Positions 25,311 to 38,600 of a stretch of DNA of 64,000 bases are shown here, one piece after another. The stretch is from Kudoa neothunni. Taxonomy: Eukaryota > Animalia > Cnidaria. Made by a program: the position numbers and the translations under genes. Each line of letters begins with the position of its first letter. Position 1 is the stretch's first letter. Location: the NCBI GenBank assembly GCA_964304625.1, contig OZ199840.1:3547631-3611630 (forward strand), given 5' to 3'. Under the pieces are notes generated by a model. That model ran no database searches. It was given only the letters and a program-made list of their open reading frames with translations, and was not told the origin of the DNA.

Positions 25311-27399
25311 AAGTTATTTATTGAAATTTTTCCTACTTTTTTTAATCAAACTGAGATCCATCCAATATAATAACATTAGTCGGCTATTAAAATTAACTAA
25401 TTTTTATACATCTTTACGCTACAATTAACCTGGCGTTTTATTGTAAATATATATAATGATGAAATATTTAGTCTTAGTAAAGCATTTTTATTCAAAAAAA
25501 AATAATTTGTGCTTAAAATTAAAGTACACCAGGTCTTTATCGTGGAAACACGGTAAGTAAATTGGAATTTATTGTTCTTGCGTCGCGAAATATGAAGGTA
25601 GGTCTACCATTAAATTTAAGATCTCATAGAATCGACCTAAAGTTTTCCTTTTTTGAATTAAAATTTTTTATTGGTTTTATAGGTGTACTTATTTTTAAAG
25701 AATAATTTTATTTTTCGGATGTTAAAATTACGTTTTTATCACTTTAAACATAAGGGAAAACGTAAAAATATGTCCTACGATCTCAGTAAAACATGAGAGT
25801 TTATTCCTGATTTTGATACATTAGAACTCATACGACATGTTTAATTATCAGCAATTTTATAGATATAGTTTGTATCTTATCCACAGGTAGGTAGGTAAGG
25901 TAGCAGAAGCGAAAAAATCAAGTTTTATGACGCATAGTGTTAATATTGATTAATTTCAATACCAAGAGCATTATATGTTTATTCCACAAAATTTAGTTTA
26001 ACTTATACAGCAATTATAAAAAGAATCAATGAAGATTTTTAATTTAAACAGTTGATTTAACATATGTGAATATTTGTTCTCATTTTATCTCACATCCTAG
26101 GAGGGCGGTTCATAAATTTGTCATTAAATCTTAAAAATCTAAAAAAAATCGTCGAATTAAATTGATTTTAAATATTTTTTTCTACTTTTAGGCACTGACT
26201 ATTGTTATGGATGAATGTAATCCTAATAGATCCATCCCATTTAAAAATAATATACAAAGTTAATTTGTGTAATACTCTATAATTAATTATTTCTGACCAG
26301 CGGCTTCACTTCTAAAAACCGAACCAATTAAATATAGCTAGGAGGCGCCGTTTTCGACGTTTATTTTGATTGGCTTAAAATAAACGTATTAGAAGCATCC
26401 ATAAACTAAAAATTTAAAAAAAAATTCATCTTGTCAAATGACGATAGCGGCGGAAGTATGTCTAGAACAATAACAGAAACCAATTTTTTCCCGCATTTTT
26501 CCACTTTTCCTACCTCTACAAAAATAATTGGTAAGGAAATGCATTTTTCTAACGAAGTATGTTAGTTTGACTTTATTTGCGAGTCAATTCTATTATATGG
26601 TAGAGATAATTTTATAATATTTACTACAGGCAAATTCATTTTTCACCTTCTCTAGGTCGATCCATTCAACAAGAAAACTATCAATTTCTCTCTTGTTGGT
26701 TATTATTCATTTCAACTTTCTCGGAGGATTTTGAACATTTCCCGTGAATAGACTTTGAAACTTTTTTAAAAAGTCGACAACTAAAATCGATTTTAATCGA
26801 AATTAGTGACTCCCAATTATAACAGATTCTAAAAATTAATCATTTATATCGCCTACAAAGAGGAGATGCTAAGTTTTAAATTATTAGTGGTCTTGCACTT
26901 TTCGATTCGAATCTTTCGACGTTTATTTTAAGCACAGTTATCGCTACGGACCCATATAATACACAACTGCAGGGTGTCTATCGCTACATGGAGGAATCAC
27001 TCCAAAACTAAAAATTAATTAAAAGCGAATCCTAATGTCTTTCTTATCCTAACAGTTTTTTAAATGGAGCACACTTCCTAGTTAAATTCCGCGCGAAATT
27101 TCCTCATTCGTACTTGACAGAATTTCAAAGCAAAGCATAACTTTGTATGCAAAGGTAAGCGATTTTGAAGTTCAAGAAAATAATAGAAATATTACTTTTG
27201 CAAGGATGTGAGTGATATTTTTAATGGTAAAGAATTTTACTTTCGAATAATTACTGATTATTGATAGTATAGGTCGACCAATCTATAATATCTTAATTTG
27301 AACAAACGTTGCGGTTAAATAGAATTTCGTAATAATTCATATAAAATGGTTTTTTTATGAAAAAAACACTATAATAATGATTTTAAAAAGCATAAACAA

Positions 27400-27564
27400 T
27401 CGTTAGTAAGCGCGAAGATATGCGACGAAAAACCTTTGATCTCATTCTATTTTTTGACCTTATTCTATTTTTCTGGAAAAATGTCGAAAATTCAACGTTA
27501 TAAATGTTCGACGATTTAAGCCGACGAATCTAACAAATATAAACGTCGATTTTTGCAAGGTCTA
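27400..27564. repeat. Second copy of the right end of the TAGG-ended element at 3435-4097
   Basis: Shared CGAAAAA..TTTGATCT..GGAAAA..GAAAATTCAACG..ATAA.CGTCGAT..GCAAGG.CTA. Confidence 0.55.
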
Positions 27565-27700
27565 ATTATAAGGTTCGCAGGCGTATCCAACAATTTTTTA
27601 ACAAATTTAGGGCAAACACACTGGGTTGTAAAAAATGAACCGAAAGTACAGCAGACAATATGACAAAACAATTAAATTCGATTTAAATCTATGGCAATGT

Positions 27701-29996
27701 TTATCTTTTGTAGGTTGATGCGGACACATTACCGCCATGGCCAGTCCAATTAGTGTGTATATGCACTCCAGGATTGTCAAGAGTTTCATAGGTGTGGGCG
27801 CCAAAATAATCACGTTGGGCCTGAATTAGATTAGCCGGTAGATAGCTTGTTCTACAGAATTTGAATATGCAGTTAAAATTCCAAACAAACATATAAACTA
27901 CCTGTATCCGTCGTAGAAACTTAAAGCCGAACTAAAAGCTGGAACACTTATTCCATTAACCACAGCTGTAGCTACAACTCTTCGCCATGCAATCTAACAT
28001 TAATAGATTTATCCAACCTAGTCAAATTACAGATTTAATAATCTACACCTACTTGACACTTGTCTAACGCATCTCTGAAGAAATTATCAAACATAAGATT
28101 CATCAATTTTGGATTTTTATTGTACGCATCATGGATATCGTTTAAAAATCGGCTTCTAATGATACATCCACCCCTCCACGTCAAAGCTATTTCTCCGAAA
28201 TTAAGGTTCCAGTTGAATTTCTCGGATGCCTCTTTCATGAGCATAAAACCTTGGGCGTAAGACACAATTTTTGACGCGTAAAGAGCCTAAAATAATGACC
28301 ATCAAAGTTAATACCACAATTGTCATGATTTAAATTGGTGAAGAGGGAATTATTACGACAAACAAAATCAATTGACGTATATTATTTATTGTTGTCAATA
28401 AATTAAACTATAAAAGCGGTCGACATGGAAAATAATTTCCCTCCCCCAAATCCAATTTAATTCTAATAAGCATTGTGAGACTACAATAATGAAAATTGTT
28501 ATTTTATTTTTCGCACAGGCCCAAATGATAATAATAATAATAATAATTATTATTATTATTATATTAATAATTATAATATGATTAAGTATATCGTAACAAT
28601 AACAGCTGTCTGCGGTGCTTACTTTTCGAATGTCATCGATAAATGTGCTCGAATCTTTGGACGGCTGCTTAGTGAGGCAGTTTTCAGAATCGATTTTCAG
28701 GGGTAATGTTTGATTAGCGATTAATCTTTCGTTTTTCAATGAAGACAAACAACGGGAAAATACCGCATCGGCAATCAACGTAACGGGTGAGCCGAACTCT
28801 AGACTACTCATTACAGTCCATTTACCGGTTCCTTTCTTTAATAAATTAATAATAATAGTAGTAGTAGTAGTAGAATTTTTGCACATCCACTCAACAACAA
28901 TCATACCTGCCCAGCACTATCCATTATTTTTTCAACCAAACAACCTCCATCAGTGTCCTTATATTTGAGGATGTTTGCTGTTATCTCAATAAGATAGGAA
29001 TTTAGTTCGGATTTGTCCCATTGTTCAAATATAGCACTCATCTCATCGCAACTCGTTTTCAAATAGCTTTTCATGATAAAATACGCCTCAGATATAAGCT
29101 AGAAGAATATTTGGTTATACCTGACGAGATGATCAACTAAAAATAACGTACCTGCATATCACCGTATTCTATACCATTATGGATCATTTTAACGTAATGC
29201 CCAGCTCCATCAGGACCAATCCAATTACAACAAGGTGTGCCGTTTGCTCGTGCGGCGATACTTTGAAATATGTCTTTGATGTAAGGCCTGTGATTACACA
29301 TCGAAACATATGATAAATTGGAGTGATTTAACTGAAATTTACCATGCCTCAAATGCACCACCCGGCATAAGTGAAGGTCCATACCGTGCACCCTCTTCTC
29401 CTCCACTCACACCACAACCGACAAAATAAATTCCTTTTTCTTTCAACTGATAGAAACGTCTCTACATATAGTAATAATAATAAGGTTGAATCTTAAAAAT
29501 ATTATCTATACTCGTGTATCGTGAAAATCACTATTTCCACCGTCGATAATAATATCACCCGCAGTCAACAATGGACACTATAGAATTGGTTGTTAGCAAA
29601 GGTAAGAAAATTCTTATCCACTAGCTTGCCAATAAAATCGTCCACCGGTTGGCCCGCCATCACAAGCAAAATTATTTTCGCGGGCTTCTTCAATTTGGAA
29701 ACCATATCCTCAAAACTCACGGATCCAATAACGTTGGTACCTTTGGCTTCGTTTTGAAGAAATGTTTCCACTTTACTCACCGTTCTATTGAAAACACAGA
29801 CCTATAATTAATGTGTCGATGAGCGATTCGAGTCAACGAACACAACACCAAAATCCATTGATCTTACCTTGTATCCATGATCATTTATATTGAGCACAAT
29901 ATTTTGGCCCATTACTGCTAAACCCACGAGAGCTACATCCGCTTTACTACAAGAAATTTAATTTCCACGGATATACTATGTTTACCTATCCCCCAT
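27701..29996 (-). CDS. PGD: 6-phosphogluconate dehydrogenase, decarboxylating, multi-exon
   Basis: [55 protein letters not shown] and [28 protein letters not shown]. Confidence 0.98.
28529..28561. repeat. (ATA)n followed by (TAT)n microsatellite forming a palindrome in a PGD intron
   Basis: ataataataataataataattattattattatta. Confidence 0.85.
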
Positions 29997-30899
29997 TTCT
30001 AATAATTATCGCCTTATTTCGTATTTAATCGGACGCATTTATTTTTTAGTTGTGCTTCTGGGGATTTTCTCTTGGCATATTGTTAAAATAGATTAATACA
30101 TTCCAAATTCTCATCATATTAGATCTAGAAATACTTTCGGAGATTTGTAGATAGTTTTCACTGAGTGAATCGAAGGTAGAAAGGCAGTCAACTTGTCATA
30201 ACTGGCTAACAATCTAGTTTGGCGTTAATGAAAAAATGCAAAAATATATTTATTATTTGAAAATGCTTAAAGTGTATAACAAATAAAAAAATATTTTTTA
30301 ATTTATCTTCTTGAGAAAATTGGTATTATTTAAAGTGGCTTAATTTTTGTCGAAATAAATGATGATCATGGTAATATTAATATACAGGTTTTGTTGAATA
30401 TTGAAATGTGAATTGGAAAAGAATGTCTAATACATTGGCATAGTGAAAACTTATCTGGTTTAACGTGTTTTTATGTGTACAACAATGTGGATGGGTGATA
30501 ATTTTCGCCTCACGCTCGATTTGTTAACCCTCGACGGATCGCCTGAAAATCACACATGGGACCATACAATTTTTTTGTATTATTTTATTGATTTCTCTAA
30601 AAATAATGTATCAGTAACTAATATACATTTATATATTCTATTAATTGGTGAAATATTTAAATTAATGAACAAATCTAATATATCCATTGGATCATCATTA
30701 CGCATATTTCACGTGTAATCGACATTTTAGATGTATAAATAGTAAAATTTCTAATACATTTTGATGTAAAGATATTATAAAACGTGATTATATAACATCT
30801 GGATGTGTTTTTGGGATGAAAATAATGACAATTTTAGAACGGATACTAAGGCACAGTATCAGGAAAATCTCATAATCTCCCTCTTGTAAATTAGATTAA

Positions 30900-31111
30900 C
30901 CCTCTAACGCTGTGTTTCCCAATCTTTTTTGTATCGCGCACCACTTTTTCTAGAAAAAAGTTCCTTTCCTCACCTTTCTCAAAATTTTTCACGACCCACC
31001 GGCGGAGCGTAAGCCCCGGGTCCGGGTTGGGAAACATTTCCCTAACGATCTCAAAAACGGTAACCCTGTAACACTTTGGGGGTAAAATTTATTCCCCAAA
31101 TCGTTAGAGGG
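30900..31111. mobile_element. Miniature piggyBac MITE (CCCTCTAACG family) carrying a nested hAT MITE
   Basis: TTAA|CCCTCTAACG ... CGTTAGAGGG|TTAA. Confidence 0.85.
30910..31039. mobile_element. 130-bp hAT MITE
   Basis: TIRs CTGTGTTTCCCAA and TTGGGAAACATTT, with an 8-bp TSD CTCTAACG / CCCTAACG. Confidence 0.7.
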
Positions 31112-31714
31112 TTAACTCCGCGTCAAAATTAATCATATCATTACGTTCTTTAATGCACTAAAATATAAAATTATGAAGAAAATTAAAGTATTGTGACATT
31201 TATTCTTAGACTTTAAATAACTCGCACGGTGAACGATATTACAAATTGACAACGGATTGTCGTGCGATATCTACAAATATACTGTACAACAGGAGTCGGT
31301 CATCTTTTGGAGTGGCGGGCCGTATTCACATTAATTTACCAAAAGTTAAATTATTCTTAATTCAAATGTTGAACTTAAATATACACATAAGAATTTATAA
31401 AAGTACGCCAAATCAAAAGTATTATATTCTAATAATTCGCAAATGAAGTGTAATCAACTCGTGCCTAACTTGTAATTGGACGATGTCAAACTACATTAGA
31501 TGTACATATATGCCTTTTTAAAAATATTATACACATTTGTAGAAATAATTTTAACGTTATTTTAGAAGTCATATTTATCCCAGTTTTCTGATTTAATGAA
31601 GATGAATTTTAGCTGGCTAAAATGTTTATATCAATGACATATTAACAATCAAAAAAATGTTCTAGATAAAAACATAAAAATTATTAAGGAAAATTTGTAT
31701 GCCAGTCAATGCAT

Positions 31715-31762
31715 GGCGAGCCGGATAGAAATAACTGACGGGCCATAGGTTTCCGACCCCTG
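31715..31762. mobile_element. hAT right-end remnant
   Basis: GCGAGCCGGAT...GGGCCATAGGTTTCCGACCCCTG resembles a hAT-Charlie terminus; the partner end was not found. Confidence 0.4.
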
Positions 31763-32811
31763 CTGTACAGTGTGAACGATACTATATATAATATGAATTG
31801 TCTATTAATATTATAACTAATAAATAATTAATACTTCAGTATCTTTAAAACGATCCCTTTACAATATGGACGACCATCGATAATTTAACCTGATATTATC
31901 CGTTTTCTCTTAATCTATTAACTTTAGAATAGTTAATTTATTTTAACACACTTTATATGATTAACTGAAGTATTAAATTATAACAATTAATAGTTCAGAT
32001 GAATCAAAAAATGTTGGTATAAAACAATAAATATCTTAAATAATATTAATAAAAATATCGTTTTAATTTTAAATATAGTTGATGTTGAATTAATATAAAT
32101 GTAAAAAAATTAAAGTATATAGAATGATAATCGCAAAAATGGGCGTCGTGAGTTTCGCATGGACCTCATCCCGTCATAGGAGGGTCAAATGATTTCCAGA
32201 CAATTCATTTTTCATTGGAAACTATAAATATCGCGATGCAACAATATCGATAATTCTTGCATTCTATATTGCTGTAGAGAAATGTTAGTTAAATTTTGGA
32301 TGCAATCTAATATTGTATTTATGTTACTCCCTCGTAGAGAAAAAATAATTTTTTGCGATAAAACTAGCCTTTCTTATCATTATTCCGAATTGTCAAACTC
32401 TCTTTATTATCATTCAGAATTGTATGTGCTAAATATTGACCATTCCTTTTCATCTTCAACTCAAAAATGCATCCTTCGTTGTCTGAATTTTTCCAGTAAA
32501 CAAATATAGTGGTGTTTTTAAAATATAACCCACATAATATTTTCCTCTGGTAACTGCACTCTCCTGCATCTTTTCAAATCTGTTAGTGATTTATGTTTAA
32601 TTCTCTTGTTATTTTGAGATGACAATACTTATTAATTTTTTAAGTTTAAATTTGTGGCTTGAAAACTATCTGTAAGTGTTTGTGTATTTTTCCGCAGATA
32701 AAATTTCTTATCTGTATATTTATTCCCTAACACAAGATAATTTTTCAAGAAGAAAGTCTAGAAATTTCAAGATTCGCTCTATTTTTATGGGAACTTGATT
32801 TTGCTTGTTAA

Positions 32812-35186
32812 CCCTTTCGACCCGAATGATGCCATATGGCATCATCAGATTGATGTCGGAATATCTATTCCATTTTTGTATGTATAGTTTAAATCTATCG
32901 CTGCATAAAAATATAACACATGCTTTATTAAATAAATTTTAGAATTTAGAATTTTATGTCGTTTATTCATTACAAAATAGGAAACAAATAGCGTGAACGG
33001 CGTTAACAAATAATAGATTATTGTATCGATATTTACGAAAATAGCGAATTTATATTTTTTATTAAGCAAATAAATTTTAAAAATTAGATCGAATTTTAAA
33101 AATAATGATGTATAGCGGGTCCGGGAGATGAAACAACGAATGATGCCATATGGCATCATTCGGAGCGCATACGATATTGGGTGAAGATTCGGGATGGATG
33201 CCAATTTTGTCGTGAAAAAAACAAAATCAGGTAGAGTAGTAAAACAATTGGTGCTGCTTCCAGACCCTGACAAGTCTGATGCCGAAAATCAATCTGATAA
33301 TGATGAAAACAATATTTCTTCAAGTGACTGCTCCTTGTCTGAAAACGAAAGTGACTCAGAAGAGATCGTCTCAGAGACAGGATGGATTTTTAATGAGTTC
33401 ATCGAAATGCCACAATTAAATGAATCTGAATTATCGTTTAAAGATATTGACAATACCATTATGGATTCATATTCTTATTTTAATCGGTTCTTTACTGATG
33501 AGCTATTTGAGTTGACAACTAATGAAACAAATAAATATTCTTCTGTTTTAAATTCAACATTTAAAACAACGGTTTAAGAAATTCGTTTGCTCATCGGGAT
33601 TTTCATACGTATGCCAATTGTAAAAATGCCAAGGTACAAAAATTATTGGTCGAAAAAGCTGAGCTACAATACTATAGCTGAGCGAATGACCAGAGATAGG
33701 TTCGGGCTACTACTACGGTATCTTCATTTTTGCGATAACAACATCACCGGACCATTCTGGATACGACCGATTTTATAAAATAAAGCCTGTCCTTAATATA
33801 ATAAGACGAGCATGTTTGGAAGTCGGACCTGAGTACAACCAGTCGATTGACGAACAGATGATCCCATTCAAAGGTAAATCAAATTTAAAACGTTACCTTC
33901 CATCAAAACCTACAAAATGGGGTTTCAAAGTTTACACAAGAAACGGCGCAATTGGAATAATCCATGATTTCTTTTTTGATGGTGAGCCTGCAATTATTCC
34001 CCAAACAAGTACTGGGAGAAAATCATCCGATATTGTTTATGAAGCTCTGCGAGACTCTACCCGACAAAACATATCATATATATTACGATGATTATTTCTC
34101 AAGTTTTAGTCTACATGACAAATTGTTAACACGCGGTTATTTCTCAACCTCCACCATCAGAAAAAATCGCATGGATAAATGCCCCTTCAAGGATGACAAA
34201 CATATGAAAAAGTTAGAGCGAGGAAGTTTCGAGTTTGGAATCTACCATTTGAATGGGACCAAAATTAACGTTTTAAGGTGGCTTGATGGGTCTATTGTTA
34301 ACATATCGTCAAGCTATTACTCTGCGTTTCCTCTCTCATCTATACCTAGATTCGACAAGAAAGCAAAGAATATGATAACGATAACCTACCCCAACATGGT
34401 CAAAATGTACAACAAACACATGGGTGGTGTTGATTTATTTGACATGCTAATGGCCTTGTATCGTTCGGACTACAAATCATGCAAATGGTATAACCGAATA
34501 TTTTTTTTGGTGTTTAAATCTGTGCCTTCTAAATGGATGGCTTCTCTACCGAAGGCAATGTAATTTGCTTAGTGTAAAAACCAAACAAATGATGGATATG
34601 CAAGAGTTTTGCATCGAAGTAAGCGAAGACTTGATTTTTTTGGTCAAAATGTCAGCTTAATCCCAAGGAGAGGTCGACCGTCTGCTTCAACTAAGATTTT
34701 AAGTACTCCAATCGTAGTCGCTAGAAGGTATAAAACTAGTGAGAGTGGAATAACCTCTAACGCTCGTTTTGTTGGATATTTTCATTTTCCAAACATGGAT
34801 CAAACCAAAAAAAGGTGCAAATTATGTGGCATGTATTGCAGAACCTTTTGCATTAAATGTAACTTGCATCTATGTCTCAATAGTGGCAGAAATTGTTTTT
34901 TTTTCATATCATACTAAATAAATATTCATTCTTTAATATATAAATTTTAAGTTATTTTGATAAAATCAGTGTTTTTTATATTCGCTTAATATAAACGCAT
35001 GCGTAATGGCAACTATCTTACAATTTGAGTCGCCGAATGATGCCATATGGCATCATGCAGTTATTTGATTATTTATAATACCTTTTAAATCAAAGATCGT
35101 GCATTCCATTTTAATGTTGTATCTAGAAATGATATATAATGGTAAATATTTTTTCTCAATTTTTATTTTTTTTCGGGTCGAAAGGG
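32812..35186 (+). mobile_element. Full-length piggyBac transposon
   Basis: TTAA TSD on both sides, perfect 15-bp TIR CCCTTTCGACCCGAA, and an internal transposase. Confidence 0.96.
33194..34917 (+). pseudogene. piggyBac transposase (PGBD2/3-like), one in-frame stop plus frameshifts
   Basis: SIDEQMIPFKG..PSKPTKWGFK, YYDDYFSS, YNKHMGGVDLFD and a C-terminal Cys-rich domain RCKLC..CIKCNLHLC, spread over five ORF pieces. Confidence 0.93.
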
Positions 35187-35654
35187 TTAAGCATGTGAAG
35201 ATTTAGTTGTTGTCAACAGATTAATATGAGATCAGGCTCATTGTTATTCCGTGTGGCATTTTTTGTGCATAATTTTCTCACATTTTTCAGTATTTTGAAA
35301 TAGAATTAATATCATCTCAAAATTAGACAAAATCATATATTTTTGTAGACTTTTTCATTTCTGAATCAGTGATAACTTTTATTGTTCAAATCTTTACTAA
35401 TTAGCAAGCCAGTGGTACATATTGGTCTTAATGCGTGTTTTTTAGACCATTATGAATTTTATTGCATTTAGTTTATCCTAATCTTTATTTTTTACTCTAT
35501 TTACGTGATTTTATACAAGATTTTTTCGATAAGCACCGAAATCACACACAATGACACCATTTAAGGTGTCACAAGGAATTTGTGGATTTGTTTAAATCTT
35601 CATTCTCAACTAAAAAGTTTATTTTATATATTCTCCCTATTTAATTAGTACATA

Positions 35655-38600
35655 TTAAACTTGGATAAATATCATTCGCAGAGGTCTTAAATCCACGTTA
35701 TATACATATACGTGGAAGAATAATAAGGGGGGTTTGTTGATGTCGTCTGGAATTTTGAATATGCGAAAAAAGGAAGTAAAACATACTGTTTCGTTTATAG
35801 GTTCCATCAAGTGGGATTTGAAAAACGACAAGAAATTTCTCGAATTAATCCCGTCATATTTCACTGTTGCAATATTCAAACAATTCTGATTGTGAATTTG
35901 TTTTTCTAATTTTGTGGCCGGTACAATATGATTAGATTTAACCACCTTAAATCATTTGAAATTGTTTTTTATGTTTATAGATTTTAAAGTATATGTTGAA
36001 ATAAAGACCAAAATTAGTTATCGTCATTAAATAATTTAGCCGATTATTTATTTATTTGATTTGTTTTGTTTTGTTTTGTTTTGGCATAAAGAATATGAAG
36101 TAAAAAAATTAATTCGATTATATGAGAAAAATTGATTAATTTAATAATTTGAATTTTAGTCGCGGATGATCGCCGATCTTTACCGAAGGCAATAAATTAT
36201 AGTTTTTTAGCCAAAGTTTTTTTGTTCAGATGATCTTGTATAATATATTGTAAATAATTCGATTGCTGGACGATCTTCGTCGTCGTTTCGAGTGTACCCT
36301 AATTTGTAAATGGCTTTTTCGGGTTAAAATTAAGTCTCTACGAAGTATTTTTAGCATGTTGGGTTTAAAGTAACAACAGAACACCCTTAATCTATAATTA
36401 TAAATGAACAAATCCATATTTGGTTTTTTAAGACTATTTTCGTGTTTACAAGTACATGAATATATTTAAAATTATTTGACGAAGAATAGGAATTAATTTG
36501 TGTAATTAATCGTATCGATTAACTGGATATTAAATTTGATAGATTTAATCTTAATCCATTCGGAAAAAAATACTTGATAATAATTCATTAAATGATTGAA
36601 ATTTAATAATATATTATTGTATTAATAGTAGTAAAATTTCGGCTAAAAAGACGAAATTGGTAATGAATCAAGCTGATATTAGGCATAAAAGCTAGAATTA
36701 TCGAACTCAGACTATTTTAAACGACTTAATCGATTAGAATTCGATGAATCCTTAGTACCTAAGAGGATTGATTGGTTAAATGTTGGTTGCTAAATCGATT
36801 GATGTTTGATTAATAGAAAAATTTTTACTGTTCCTATCAAAAGAGACAAATGTGTATAATAATAAACGCAAAATTGAGATCCTTTTAAACTTTATTTTTA
36901 TCAGCGAGAAAAGAGTGATGAAAAAATATTTAGACACATTAAACAAAAACAAAATAAGAAATTATAAACTTTTCTAAATTAGAATTAAAAATAGATAATA
37001 CCTGTTTCTTATTTTCAGCCAAAAATTGATAGCCCTAATATTATTTGAACATAATCTCATCTATATCCATTCGAAATTGGGGAAAACGAAAGTTTTTGTG
37101 CAATAAAATGCAATAGATAACAATTTAAATTATAAATCATCCCAATGTTAAAAATTCGGAAAATTATATTATACGCTTGTTTACCTAAAATGGATTTTCG
37201 AATCTCCAATAGGTAGCTTCTTGGCTTAACACATACCTATTTAGTTAATCCTAGAACTAAAAAACATGTATCGTTTAAAATAATAAGAATTTTTTGAATG
37301 CTATTGTAAAGATTTAGACCAATAAAATTTTTTTACCACTTCATGAATACGTGCAGAATGGTTTGGGCATTTGCTACACGTTGAAGCGGTGAGCTTCATC
37401 GGTTAAAATGAAGATTCAGTTGAATCTGATGCGACTCTGATAAAATCCACCTGCTGTATTAACACCCAACATTTAAAGCTTTCCCTACGAATTGATGATC
37501 ATTTCTTAGCCTAAACAAACAAAATCAAATTTTATCTTATTTGGTCAGTATTGATAAAAAGTGACAATAAATTGGATAATATTACCCGCTCGCAATGAAA
37601 GAAAATTTGCACCCCCCTCGAATGACAATGAATGTACCCGTGATTGTAGCGTAGCACGATAAGTTTAAATTCAGTGTCTAGAAAAGCTAATTGGAAATCT
37701 ATTAAACCAACATTCCATGAAAATGCTATCTTTTTAATTCGTTAATCGGATGTTGAAATAAATCACATCTAGTTATTCTACTGAATAAAATGTTGGTGTA
37801 TACTACTATATTTTTGGTGTTTGTGATATTGTTGTTGTTGGCGTACATTTTGGGTAGATTCGTAATACATTGTCCACTTTTACCATCCCATTCACCATGT
37901 ATTAAACCAATTGACTGCGTATAATTATTTTTGTTAGTTATAGACCATAATACCAACGACCCTGTGATTGTAGTCATAGAAAACACACCGAACCCTCCAA
38001 AATATGTGGAAACTGTGGCTGATCTCACGTCTGCTACTTATCCACCAGGCTATAAGTATACCATTGGTTGTTTCGACGACACCAAATTGTATCTAATTGA
38101 ACCCATTATTAGTGAGATCCAGGAAAGTGTTTAAATTGTAGAAAAGCTTCATTGAATTTGAGTCCGGAATCGTTTATACATTCCTCATTACATTTTATAC
38201 AGATAAACTTGCTCAGATATTTTTATATTTTATAATAGTAGATTTCTTGTCTATAGTTGTTAATAATATTGTGTTTTCTTTGTAATTAAAATAATTTTGA
38301 AAAAATCGTAGAAGTTTCAGCTTTTTAAATACCTCATATGAGACATCTAAATTAGCCACAATAATAATAAAAAATTTCTATAATTAAATCAAATTATCAA
38401 GTTGAAAATAATTTGATCTAAATTCTAAAAATTACAATCAATTATTATCATTTTTTTGTCTTGTATTACGAAAATTTAAGTTAAACCGATATTGAAACTT
38501 CAACATTGAAACAGATAACTAATTCTATGCTATGTAGACTCATTTTCCAAACGATGACTTAATAATTACCTAATATTTTTGATAGCAAGGTATAAATTAT

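Noticed and set aside
28395-28904. 169-aa ORF with poly-Ile and poly-Thr runs
   Set aside because: It is one PGD exon read through into flanking introns; the runs are microsatellites.
32823-35056. Palindromic repeats as a CRISPR-like array
   Set aside because: There are only three irregularly spaced copies, inside a piggyBac in a eukaryotic context.
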